Shown piece by piece: positions 40,700 through 50,072 of a stretch of 64,000 nt of DNA (positions are counted from its first letter, which is position 1; each line of letters starts with the position of its first letter). The notes beneath the pieces were generated by a model. That model made no database searches. It was not told the DNA's origin and saw only the letters and a list, made by a program, of their open reading frames with translations. Source of the DNA: a virus (taxonomy: Duplodnaviria > Caudoviricetes); the IMG/VR virus record IMGVR_UViG_3300042402_002715, positions 518 through 64,517 of that record, one strand, 5' to 3'. A program made the translations under genes and the position numbers.

Positions 40700-42646
40700 T
40701 TAATTTTTACTCCAAATAGGACAATTAATTTTTCTAACCGGTTGTTTGTATTTAGTAAAGTTAACTGCTCTTCCAGCTCTAACCCAAAATTTTCTTGCTT
40801 TAGCTTTAAAATCGCCACCACCAATATCAAGATCTAAATCCCACTCAATACTTGTCCAAACAATTATAACCCCAAGACCCCCAGAAGTTGAAACAATAAA
40901 ATCAACATCTTTTCCGGTATCTGCAATAGTTTTTGGAGCTTCCATTGCCATGTTAAAACCACAAGTTGCGTGTCTAAATCGCGAATATAGTTGTTCATAT
41001 TCATCATTTAAAGCTTGAGTCCCAATTTGAGTACCGGCTAACTGAGTAGCTTTTCTTACTGCAACCTCATCTCTATTACCATAAAACTCTCTTGGTGTTA
41101 ATTTTGGATTACGAGCACGAGCTTTCAAATACAATGGAGCGTTAGCATAAGCTGTTTTAAAGTCCATTGGGGTACCATCTAAGAATGTACTTTCTGTATT
41201 GTTCCATCCTGGTCCTACATTTGGATCTGATAATTCTAATACAACAGTTCTATCAAACCCAGACAATTCAGACTCATCTAAAATTTCATTTAAAAAGGTT
41301 TTCATAGCTTCAATCCTATCACGAGAAAGTGGAATATTATTTGTTTCATCATAATTTCCTTTTTTATCCGAATAAGTAGTTCTTACTTTACTTGTTGATG
41401 AATAAAAATTTAAATATAAACCTTTAGGTGTTGCTGTGTTGTTTGATTCTTTCATAATTCGTTTATATTCAGCAACAGCTTCATTTACTTTTTTTCTAAG
41501 TTCACCTTTAGTTTCGTCAGTTATAGTTACACCATCGTCACCAAAAAAGTTTCTTGAGATCTCATCTCTTTGCTCAACACCGATATTATCTGGTGGCCAA
41601 CTATATGTTGTTGTTATTAATTGAACCCCGGTATTATTTTCTTTTTTCTTTTCATTTTGGTATTGTGAAAGTACTGAAATATTTTCAGTTTCAATTCTAA
41701 TATCCTTAGCCTTAACAATCATACTTTGAGGTGTTGGATTAATACCTCTAAAAAAACCATCTAAAAATGCTTTATTTTTTAATTGTTCACTGGCTTGGAT
41801 TGTTAATTGAGCTATTACACTTTCTTTATATGGTGATGTTTGTTCTGTGCTAAGTTGAACACGACTATCGTTTTCTGCGGAATATCTTACATCAACATCT
41901 TTTAAAGTTTGGATTAATTCATCACCGGTCATTGGGTCGTAATTATCATTCCCATAAGAAGTATTAAACGTTCCTTTGGAATCAAGAGCACTAAAAATGT
42001 AATTCATTAAGTTTATAATTTCACTACTAGATTCAGTTGGGATAAAAACATTTTTTGAATTAAATGCTGTAAGTTCTGTATTTAATCTATCAACTTCCTT
42101 TTTAATATTCACATAAATTTCATTTGATGGTGATGTTGCAAGTTTGTTTTTAACTTTTAGTATTGCACCTAAAGCTTGTTTTTGTTTTATACTATCTTCT
42201 GGTTTTTGTGTTGCTGATGTTTTTTTAGTTTTATTGTTTGCCAAAATTTTTGTCTTATCAACACCTTTTAAACCAGAAGTTTTCATAAGTTGATTTACTG
42301 TATTTTCTGGTGAATTATCAAGACCAAAAGTTAAATCATCACCAAGCCAATTTTTTAAGGATTGTCTGGTTTCTGGAGAATCGTTTTCTTCAAACCATTG
42401 TAGCATACCAAGATATATTGGTGATTGTGAAAATTTTTCATCACTATCCCTTTCTTGTATATATGCAATTATATTTTTAATATTTGCGTTTTCCCATTGT
42501 TTTTTACCGCCTTCAGTCCAATCTGTATATTTTAATACTTGTTCTTGAATTAACCATCTATTTTTTTGTTCAGATATTACCTTACCAGGTGTATAATCAA
42601 AATAGAATTTCATTCTATTTATTTCTTCTAAAATATTTTTTTTCAT
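40700..42646 (-). CDS. Hypothetical large protein, probable internal/ejection protein
   Basis: MKKNILEEINRMK..ISEQ N-terminus; late motif at 42680-87. Confidence 0.55.
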   Translation of the reverse strand: MKKNILEEINRMKFYFDYTPGKVISEQKNRWLIQEQVLKYTDWTEGGKKQWENANIKNIIAYIQERDSDEKFSQSPIYLGMLQWFEENDSPETRQSLKNWLGDDLTFGLDNSPENTVNQLMKTSGLKGVDKTKILANNKTKKTSATQKPEDSIKQKQALGAILKVKNKLATSPSNEIYVNIKKEVDRLNTELTAFNSKNVFIPTESSSEIINLMNYIFSALDSKGTFNTSYGNDNYDPMTGDELIQTLKDVDVRYSAENDSRVQLSTEQTSPYKESVIAQLTIQASEQLKNKAFLDGFFRGINPTPQSMIVKAKDIRIETENISVLSQYQNEKKKENNTGVQLITTTYSWPPDNIGVEQRDEISRNFFGDDGVTITDETKGELRKKVNEAVAEYKRIMKESNNTATPKGLYLNFYSSTSKVRTTYSDKKGNYDETNNIPLSRDRIEAMKTFLNEILDESELSGFDRTVVLELSDPNVGPGWNNTESTFLDGTPMDFKTAYANAPLYLKARARNPKLTPREFYGNRDEVAVRKATQLAGTQIGTQALNDEYEQLYSRFRHATCGFNMAMEAPKTIADTGKDVDFIVSTSGGLGVIIVWTSIEWDLDLDIGGGDFKAKARKFWVRAGRAVNFTKYKQPVRKINCPIWSKN

Positions 42647-42737
42647 TTTTTTTAAATTTTCTTTTAAATTTTCTTTTAAATAAATATCACAATAAAAAAA
42701 AGTGTTATATTTGTATTATAATTTTAAAATATTTAAT

Positions 42738-43247
42738 ATGAAATCTTTAGTCACAATTTTCACAATTTTTATTTCCGCAATTTGTTTTACTCAAACAAAA
42801 CATGATGATTTAGATGAAATGTTTATTAAAAGAAACAAATCAGAATATAACAAAGTTAATTTTGATAGTTTGAGTAATTCATTGGTCAATATTATAAACC
42901 AATATAGAATTAAAAATAAATTAAGTAAATTTTCTGTAGATACTAATTTAATTAATTATTCTAAAAATTGGGGTAAATCTTTGTGTGATAAAAACACACT
43001 TATTCACTCAGATTTTACAGGAACAGATATTATTGGTGAAAACATTTATGGACTTTTTACTTATGGTACGTTTATCTGTAATGTCGAATACTTCAATAAA
43101 CAACCACAAATAATTTTTGATTCTTGGAGAACATCAACTGGTCATAATGAAACTATGTTAAATGTTAGGGCAACTAAAATTGGTTTGTTTATCTATACTG
43201 AGTATAAAGTCAAATTTAAATTAGTAACCGTAATGGTTATAGAATAA
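42738..43247 (+). CDS. CAP/SCP domain secreted protein
   Basis: Signal peptide; INQYR, LIHS, GENI, WRTSTGHNETML; TATATTTG -7 element at 42706-13. Confidence 0.8.
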   Translation: MKSLVTIFTIFISAICFTQTKHDDLDEMFIKRNKSEYNKVNFDSLSNSLVNIINQYRIKNKLSKFSVDTNLINYSKNWGKSLCDKNTLIHSDFTGTDIIGENIYGLFTYGTFICNVEYFNKQPQIIFDSWRTSTGHNETMLNVRATKIGLFIYTEYKVKFKLVTVMVIE

Positions 43248-43271
43248 AAAACCCCCTTAATGGGGGTTATT

Positions 43272-43646
43272 TTATTTTAGGGAGTTAAGTTCGTCTCGTA
43301 ATTCTATTGCCCTTTCAAAGTTCTGAGTTTTTATACATTCATCCAGTTCTTTCTTCAGACCACTTATTTTTTCTTTGTTTTTTTCAAGGTTTTTAATTTT
43401 GTCTCTTAACTCCACAGCTTCCTCAAAATTTTGTTCCTCAACAGCCATATTAAGTTTTTGTTTTAAAAGATATAACTCATCAGATTTATTTAGATCACCT
43501 TTAGTATTTGTGATGTAAGTAAATGTAATTGAGCCATCTTCTGATTTGTAAGTTTTCTTTTCAAAATTAGTATCATTTAAGTTAATACCACTTCTAAATG
43601 AAAACATTTCATTAAAAATTTTATCAAATTCATTCCAGTTAAACAT
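43272..43646 (-). CDS. Protein with two UvrB/UvrC (UVR) motifs (McsA C-terminus-like)
   Basis: LKQKLNMAVEEQNFEEAVELRDKI and LKKELDECIKTQNFERAIELRDEL. Confidence 0.8.
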   Translation of the reverse strand: MFNWNEFDKIFNEMFSFRSGINLNDTNFEKKTYKSEDGSITFTYITNTKGDLNKSDELYLLKQKLNMAVEEQNFEEAVELRDKIKNLEKNKEKISGLKKELDECIKTQNFERAIELRDELNSLK

Positions 43647-43714
43647 AATTTTATTTTTTTTTATAAGTTTATTTTGTCCCGGTTTTGACTAAATCCGCAC
43701 CAAAACAAAAAACA

Positions 43715-43757
43715 TGACAAATTGTCAGTGTTTTTTTAAGTAACTGACAAAAAGTCA
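43715..43757. promoter_or_regulatory. Two 13-bp palindromic operator-like sites (TGAC-N5-GTCA) between the divergent UVR and clpC genes
   Basis: TGACAAATTGTCA at 43715-27 and TGACAAAAAGTCA at 43745-57, 30 bp apart. Confidence 0.5.
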
Positions 43758-43807
43758 AATATTGACAACACAGAAGATTATATTTAAAATTAAATAAAAC
43801 ATTTATT

Positions 43808-45871
43808 ATGGCAATAGAATTTGTAGATGACAACGACAAAAACAAAAAGAAAACTGATGGTGGAACACCTGTTTTAGATAACTTCAGTAAAGATTTAATC
43901 AAACAAGCTCAATTAGGAAAATTAGATCCTGTAATTGGTAGGGAAAAAGAAATTTTAAGAATTGCTCAAGTCCTATCAAGAAGAAAGAAAAATAACCCAA
44001 TCATTATTGGTGAACCAGGTGCTGGAAAAACGGCAATAGTTGAGGGTCTTGCAATGATGATTCATAGCGGTGAATGCCCTAAAAATTTATCAGATAAAAG
44101 AATTGTATCATTAGACATTAATTCAATTGTTGCTGGAACAAAATATAGAGGACAATTTGAAGAAAGAATGAAAGTTATAATTGAGGAGTTACAAAATAAC
44201 CCAAATATTATAATTTTTATTGATGAAATTCATACAATGGTTGGTGCTGGCAATAGTTCGGGTTCACTTGATGCGTCAAACATATTCAAACCGGCATTAT
44301 CAAGAGGTGAAATTCAGTGTATTGGTGCTACAACTCTTGACGAATATAGAAAACACTTTGAGAAAGATGGTGCTCTAGAAAGAAGATTCCAAAAAATTAT
44401 TGTTGATCCGTCAACAAAACAAGAAACATTTGAGATTCTTAAATTAAGTAAAGAAAAATATGAAGATCATCACAAGGTTAATTACACCGATGAAGCTCTT
44501 TGGTTATGTGTCGAATTAGCTGACCGGTATATTACAGATAGAGAATTTCCAGATAAAGCATTTGATATTTTAGATGAAGTTGGGTCAAGGATGCAAATTG
44601 ATATTAAACTTCCGGAACATATTGAAAAATTAAAACAGGAAGCTCAAGACATCAAAAAGGAAAAAGCTGATGTTATTAAAAAACAAAAATATGAAATGGC
44701 TGCTGAATTAAGAGACCGTGAAAAAAATATTTTAACTAACCTTGAGGATGAAAAAAAGAAATTTGAGGAAGAGTTAAAAACTAGTAAAAGAGGTATTCCA
44801 GAAGAGTTAATTTACGAGGTTGTCTCAAACATGACAAAGATACCAGTAAGTAAAATTAATGTGGATGAAAAAAACTCACTTGTTAATTTAGAAGACACTC
44901 TAAATGCTAACGTTATTGGTCAAGAAGAAGCCGTTAAAAAAATATCAAAGTCAATTAGAAGGAATAGGGTCGGTATTAAAGATCCAAATAGACCAATAGG
45001 TTCATTTATATTCCTTGGGTCAACCGGTGTTGGTAAGACGTTTTTAGCTAAAAAACTGGCAAAAGAAATTTTTGGTAGTGAAGATAGTTTGATTCGTGTT
45101 GATATGTCCGAATATCAGGAAAAACACACCATATCAAGACTAATAGGTTCTCCTCCGGGATATGTTGGTCACGAAGAGGGTGGACAATTGACAGAACAAG
45201 TAAAAAATAAACCATATTCAGTGATTTTATTTGATGAGGTAGAAAAGGCAAATAAAGAAATTTTTGGAACTTTACTTCAAATGTTAGATGATGGACATAT
45301 GACAGATGGGTTAGGTAGAAAGATCAATTTTAAAAATTGTTTAATTATTATGACATCAAATATTGGTGTTAGAAAAGTTCAAGATTTTGGAAGTGGTGTT
45401 GGGTTTAAAACAAACAACAACAGTGAAGCTGTTCAAGAGGAATATAAAAGAGATGTTTTGAAAAAAGAATTAAGTAAGTTTTTTGCTCCAGAATTTTTAA
45501 ATAGAATTGATGATATTGTAATCTTTAATTCTTTGAAAAAAGAACATGTTGATAAGATTGTTAAACTTGAGATTGATAAATTAATTGATAGATTAAAATC
45601 AATGAAATACAATTTTACATATGAACAATCGGTAATTGAAAAAATTGCAAAGGTTGGGTTTGATGAATTGTTTGGAGCAAGACCAATCAAAAGAGCAATC
45701 CAGGATAAAATAGAAGATCTTATTTCAGAAAAAATATTAACAAATGAGGTTGTAGAGGAAAAACAATATATGTTATTTGTTAAAGGAGAAGGTGATGAGC
45801 AAACCATAGAACTAGAAGAAAGGGTTGTTCAAGAACCAAAGAAAAAGGGAAGAAAGAAAAAGGAGGATTAA
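43808..45871 (+). CDS. clpC: ClpC-like AAA+ unfoldase lacking the Clp N-terminal domain
   Basis: Two Walker A motifs (GEPGAGKT, GSTGVGKT), UVR middle domain, GVGF ClpP-docking loop; protein begins just before AAA-1. Confidence 0.9.
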   Translation: MAIEFVDDNDKNKKKTDGGTPVLDNFSKDLIKQAQLGKLDPVIGREKEILRIAQVLSRRKKNNPIIIGEPGAGKTAIVEGLAMMIHSGECPKNLSDKRIVSLDINSIVAGTKYRGQFEERMKVIIEELQNNPNIIIFIDEIHTMVGAGNSSGSLDASNIFKPALSRGEIQCIGATTLDEYRKHFEKDGALERRFQKIIVDPSTKQETFEILKLSKEKYEDHHKVNYTDEALWLCVELADRYITDREFPDKAFDILDEVGSRMQIDIKLPEHIEKLKQEAQDIKKEKADVIKKQKYEMAAELRDREKNILTNLEDEKKKFEEELKTSKRGIPEELIYEVVSNMTKIPVSKINVDEKNSLVNLEDTLNANVIGQEEAVKKISKSIRRNRVGIKDPNRPIGSFIFLGSTGVGKTFLAKKLAKEIFGSEDSLIRVDMSEYQEKHTISRLIGSPPGYVGHEEGGQLTEQVKNKPYSVILFDEVEKANKEIFGTLLQMLDDGHMTDGLGRKINFKNCLIIMTSNIGVRKVQDFGSGVGFKTNNNSEAVQEEYKRDVLKKELSKFFAPEFLNRIDDIVIFNSLKKEHVDKIVKLEIDKLIDRLKSMKYNFTYEQSVIEKIAKVGFDELFGARPIKRAIQDKIEDLISEKILTNEVVEEKQYMLFVKGEGDEQTIELEERVVQEPKKKGRKKKED

Positions 45872-45887
45872 AAACCCTCCTTTTCTT

Positions 45888-46673
45888 TTAATGTTTAGTG
45901 TAACCTAATTCCTCTATCATTAACTTACCAACTTTTATGCCATTATATGTGTCCTCAACAACAACATATTCATTTCTTGTGTGGTAGTTGTAATAACCAA
46001 TTGATATGTTAAAACAAGATAGACCAAAATTTTGGTTTAACGGAAAGATGTCCGTGTAAGGGTGTCTGTGGTATTTGGTATCACCTGGAAAGTGCTCTGT
46101 AATTAAACGACCACCAACATTAAAAAATTCTGAATCTCTTTTAAACATTGGTTTATTCATCAAAAACTCGGAAATCATATTGTTTTCTGGTGCGTCAAAT
46201 TGAATTACATATCCGATGTTTTTAAAAAACTTGGGGTCAGCATTAGATGATCCTTTACACCCAGTTTCTTCAGCAACAAAAAACGCAGCTTTTAGATTTG
46301 GTAATTCTTTTAGTAATTCAAGACAAGCATATACACCACATTTATCATCACCACCAATACCGGTTGGGTTTCCTTCATTGTTATATGCTTTGAGTGCCAG
46401 TTTTATTTCTTTCTGAGCATTTGGTAACATTTCCTCAACAACATTTATTGTGTCAATGTTATGAACAGTATCGGTGTGAGCAACAACACAAGGAAAATGG
46501 GAAATATCACCATCAGTTTGTTTTGTTGCATAAACATTGTTAAATTGATCAATGTAGTGTGGAATATTGTTTTCAGTCAACCAATTACTTATAAACTCAA
46601 CCATTAAATGTTCTTGATATGTTTTTGTTGGGACCGATAATACTTCCTTTAATAATTCAAAATTTCTTTCCAT
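45888..46673 (-). CDS. M20/M28-family metallopeptidase
   Basis: AHTDTV, GGDDKCG, EETG, FD and C-terminal H metal ligands. Confidence 0.8.
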   Translation of the reverse strand: MERNFELLKEVLSVPTKTYQEHLMVEFISNWLTENNIPHYIDQFNNVYATKQTDGDISHFPCVVAHTDTVHNIDTINVVEEMLPNAQKEIKLALKAYNNEGNPTGIGGDDKCGVYACLELLKELPNLKAAFFVAEETGCKGSSNADPKFFKNIGYVIQFDAPENNMISEFLMNKPMFKRDSEFFNVGGRLITEHFPGDTKYHRHPYTDIFPLNQNFGLSCFNISIGYYNYHTRNEYVVVEDTYNGIKVGKLMIEELGYTKH

Positions 46674-46700
46674 ACAACAAATATAGAAATAAAATATGAT

Positions 46701-47768
46701 TTACAAAAATTTTCTTAAAGTTTTTTTGACACTTTCAAATAATTCCGGATGGTATAATGTTAAATTAAGATCTTCAAGGTTATTAATAGATCTTTGTTGA
46801 ATAGGTGAACCTGAACCTGGTTTTTGGATTTGCATATGTAGTGTATTTGTCTTTTCATCCAAAGATATAAACTTTATAGTAATCTTTTTTTCAGGAATAT
46901 TAATCCATTTATCAAACCCACCAAGTTCATGGACTTTATTGTATAGTTTATTAAATTCTTCAATATCATACTCATCAGAATTATCACGAATTTCATCAAG
47001 TATTTTTTCTAAATGTTTTTTAAAGTTTTCTTGTTCTAAATTTTTATCAAAATCATCACACCAACCTTCGTATTGAAGATTCTCCCAATCACCAATATAA
47101 CTAACTTGTGGGTATTTTTCGTGTAATTTTGTTAGAAGTCCTTTAAGATCTTCATCTTCAGCGTTTAGTAAACGATATAGTTTTAAAATAACATTAACTG
47201 TTGTCTCAAATTTATAACCGTGACTTTTTTGAACTATTCCGAACCTTTTAAATGGGTTATCAGTTTCTTTTACTATCACCTGTTTTGCACCCTCATAAAT
47301 ACATTCCTCTCTTTGTTCGGCACTGTCATAAACCAATTCATCAATTACATCTTTAAATCTAGTTTCTAAAAATCTTGATATTTTAGATAAATTACCATAA
47401 TCACCTTCAATAACCCTTAAAGTTGGGTTTGTGTATTTTAATATCTCATTTACAAGTTCTGTATTTTCTTGATTAAAGTTTTGTAACGTATATCCTTCAC
47501 TCCAATCATCATCATATCTGTAAGTATCCCAATCACCATGATAATAACTACTCATAAATCTTTTAAATATATAACGATCCTCATCATCCTCATTAACACC
47601 TAAAACATCTAAAAAATCATCGTCATCATCAAAAGTAATTACAACCTTGATTGAATTTGATCCTCTTGTATGACGAACATCATATATTAACTTATCTGGA
47701 TAGGACCATCTATTGATTTCTTGACCATTTGATAAATTTTTAAAAAATTCGTAGGTTTCACTTGCCAT
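46701..47768 (-). CDS. Hypothetical protein
   Basis: 355-aa ORF; late motif at 47774-81; C-terminal LFESVKKTLRKFL. Confidence 0.7.
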   Translation of the reverse strand: MASETYEFFKNLSNGQEINRWSYPDKLIYDVRHTRGSNSIKVVITFDDDDDFLDVLGVNEDDEDRYIFKRFMSSYYHGDWDTYRYDDDWSEGYTLQNFNQENTELVNEILKYTNPTLRVIEGDYGNLSKISRFLETRFKDVIDELVYDSAEQREECIYEGAKQVIVKETDNPFKRFGIVQKSHGYKFETTVNVILKLYRLLNAEDEDLKGLLTKLHEKYPQVSYIGDWENLQYEGWCDDFDKNLEQENFKKHLEKILDEIRDNSDEYDIEEFNKLYNKVHELGGFDKWINIPEKKITIKFISLDEKTNTLHMQIQKPGSGSPIQQRSINNLEDLNLTLYHPELFESVKKTLRKFL

Positions 47769-47784
47769 ATTAGATAAATATAAT

Positions 47785-47813
47785 TATATTTGTATTTATA
47801 TATAGTTCTTTGA
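47785..47813 (+). promoter_or_regulatory. -7 promoter element and boxA-like motif upstream of tmRNA
   Basis: TATATTTG at 47785-92; GTTCTTTGA at 47805-13. Confidence 0.6.
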
Positions 47814-47819
47814 TAATAT

Positions 47820-48209
47820 GGGGGTGTTTTTGGATTTGACAGGTATTGGCTGAGGAATAAGGGCATGTAGGGACTGAATTAATCTCTTTAAAAACTGATT
47901 CACAAAACAACTGGCAATGTGCTAAACAAAATGGAAACTCTTGGATTAGTAAGAGGTTCTGAAGTTACTGTAGCTTAATTAGATACGGAAACGGGGGGTC
48001 GGCAGACATATAACCTAGCAACAGAAGTCGTAGCTTGATAGAGCACACCGGATGGCTCTTTAAATCCGATTCGGGACCATTGGTTGTTGATTTACGATGG
48101 TGAAGAACAAATCAAATATTTTGGGGTATTAGAAAATACCAACCTAAACATGTAGTCCTTATCTGACAGGATATTATGGACGAGGGTTCGAGTCCCTCCA
48201 CCTCCACCA
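47820..48209 (+). ncRNA. ssrA: tmRNA
   Basis: GGGGGTG/CACCTCC acceptor with G3-U70, T arm GAGGG-TTCGAGT-CCCTC, ACCA 3' end, GATTTGAC in the 5' part; tag ORF 47913-47978 GNVLNKMETLGLVRGSEVTVA*. Confidence 0.95.
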
Positions 48210-48212
48210 ATT

Positions 48213-48240
48213 AAAACCTCATCTCAGGATGGGGTTTTTT
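48213..48240. terminator. Bidirectional intrinsic terminator
   Basis: AAAACCTCATC-TCAG-GATGGGGTTTTTT. Confidence 0.7.
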
Positions 48241-48242
48241 AA

Positions 48243-50039
48243 TTAACCAAAATGTTTATATGCGTTACCAATAGCAGATGCTAATGAAACTTTGGTACCT
48301 ACTTTATCTGTTAACCACCCACCAATCAATTGACCGTCTTTATCTGAACTATTAGGGTCCCATTTACCACCTTTAGACCAAGTTTTACCATTCCAAAATT
48401 TTACACTACCATTTTTGTAAAAACCAAGTTGTTTTCCACCATCGTACCCAGTTATAAAATAAGCTTCACCATTACTTGCGTCTTGTATTTTTAGTTTTGG
48501 TGATTTAGTTACACCTAACGCCTTTTTTAGACTACCCCAAATTGATGGACCAAGAACTGTATTCATTACACTCTTTTTTAACTTACCTGTTGGGTCCATA
48601 GCATATCCCGCGTATCCTCCAGTTACGGCATTTAACCTATCTTTACCTACGGTCATAACAACTTTTTGTCCTGTCTCACCTGCAGATTTAGTTAAACTTT
48701 TTTTAATTTTATCAAGAACTTTTGGTATATAGGTAATACCCTTCTCAATCGCCTTAATTGTTGGTCCAATAACAGGTACTTTTTGTTTTAACATTCTAAG
48801 ACCTAGTTTTGCATTGGTTGCAGCCTTTCTTATTAATGTATCTATATTTTTAACTACGTTTTGAACATAAGGATAAAAAGACGGTAGATTTTTTTGTAAC
48901 CACGCGATTAATACGTGTGCTTCTTGAGCTGCTTCTTTTCCTGGTTTTGCAAGACCTTTCCAAGCTTTACCAATCCAAGCACCTAAACCGGCACTAAGTA
49001 TTGCCGCACAATCAGCAATAATGTCAATAAGATTTAATATACCTTTTTCTATATATTTGTAACAATCATATGCTAACATTAGTGACCAAATTATTGGTTC
49101 GGCGATTTCACCAATACCAACAGCATCTAAACCTATTGTTACTATAGAACCTTTAACACCACCTAAAAAATCTCTTATTCCCTCAATCATTTGATCTGGA
49201 GTTGCGGTTTGAAAAAATCTAAAGGCTTTATATTGATCTCTTGTTAATTTTAAACCATTTAAACCAGGAACTAATAACCACCAATCACTATCAAAACCTA
49301 AATTTTTATCAGCCCAATTAACTGCCGAATCCAAAGTTTTAGTTGACGTATCATACACATCTTTACCAACATCGGTTATTGTATCCATCCACCCTTTTTC
49401 TGTTTTTTTTGGCGCAACCTTTTTTGGTGCAACCTTTTTTGGTTTGGTTTTCATTAGATTAGTAAATTGTGGACCACCTGCGGCTCCGGTAAGTTTACCC
49501 CATTGACCTAAATTGAAGGCCGGATTAATAAACTTAGATTCTATAATCATATTACTAGCTGGTTGTCCAGCGTACTTTCCTCCCTGAAATTTAAATAACC
49601 AAAGTTTTTTATCAGCACCAGTAAAAGTAATAGGCCATCCACCATTTTTGTTAGTATCTTTATTAATAACCCAAGGTCCCCAATACATAAAAGCTGATTT
49701 TACTGGATCATTAGCAACTTGCCATTGTACTGGAATACCACCTTTTTTTAGTTGGTCAAATAGTATTTTCCAATAACCAATTTGATCCGAACCTCTAACC
49801 CATTGTTCTGAGATAACATTTTGTTTTCTTGTTTCCCAAACTTCTTTAAAAACTCTTTTTAATTCAGTTTCAGAAATAATTTCTGTATTTTTTTTTGGTA
49901 TAAATAAGTTTTCTATTTTATTTTGAATAACTAGATTTTTTGTATTATTGAAATTTTCAGATACTAAATTTTTAGAATCGTAATTCATCACAAAACCAAT
50001 TCTTTTTAAATCATCTTCAAGTATTATATTACTAACCAT
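48243..50039 (-). CDS. Large protein, paralog of the next gene, with hydrophobic membrane-type central region
   Basis: About 200-aa N-terminal region shared with 50073-52154; Gly/Ala-rich hydrophobic helices. Confidence 0.6.
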   Translation of the reverse strand: MVSNIILEDDLKRIGFVMNYDSKNLVSENFNNTKNLVIQNKIENLFIPKKNTEIISETELKRVFKEVWETRKQNVISEQWVRGSDQIGYWKILFDQLKKGGIPVQWQVANDPVKSAFMYWGPWVINKDTNKNGGWPITFTGADKKLWLFKFQGGKYAGQPASNMIIESKFINPAFNLGQWGKLTGAAGGPQFTNLMKTKPKKVAPKKVAPKKTEKGWMDTITDVGKDVYDTSTKTLDSAVNWADKNLGFDSDWWLLVPGLNGLKLTRDQYKAFRFFQTATPDQMIEGIRDFLGGVKGSIVTIGLDAVGIGEIAEPIIWSLMLAYDCYKYIEKGILNLIDIIADCAAILSAGLGAWIGKAWKGLAKPGKEAAQEAHVLIAWLQKNLPSFYPYVQNVVKNIDTLIRKAATNAKLGLRMLKQKVPVIGPTIKAIEKGITYIPKVLDKIKKSLTKSAGETGQKVVMTVGKDRLNAVTGGYAGYAMDPTGKLKKSVMNTVLGPSIWGSLKKALGVTKSPKLKIQDASNGEAYFITGYDGGKQLGFYKNGSVKFWNGKTWSKGGKWDPNSSDKDGQLIGGWLTDKVGTKVSLASAIGNAYKHFG

Positions 50040-50072
50040 TAGTTTTATTTATAAATATTGTTTATAACTAGT

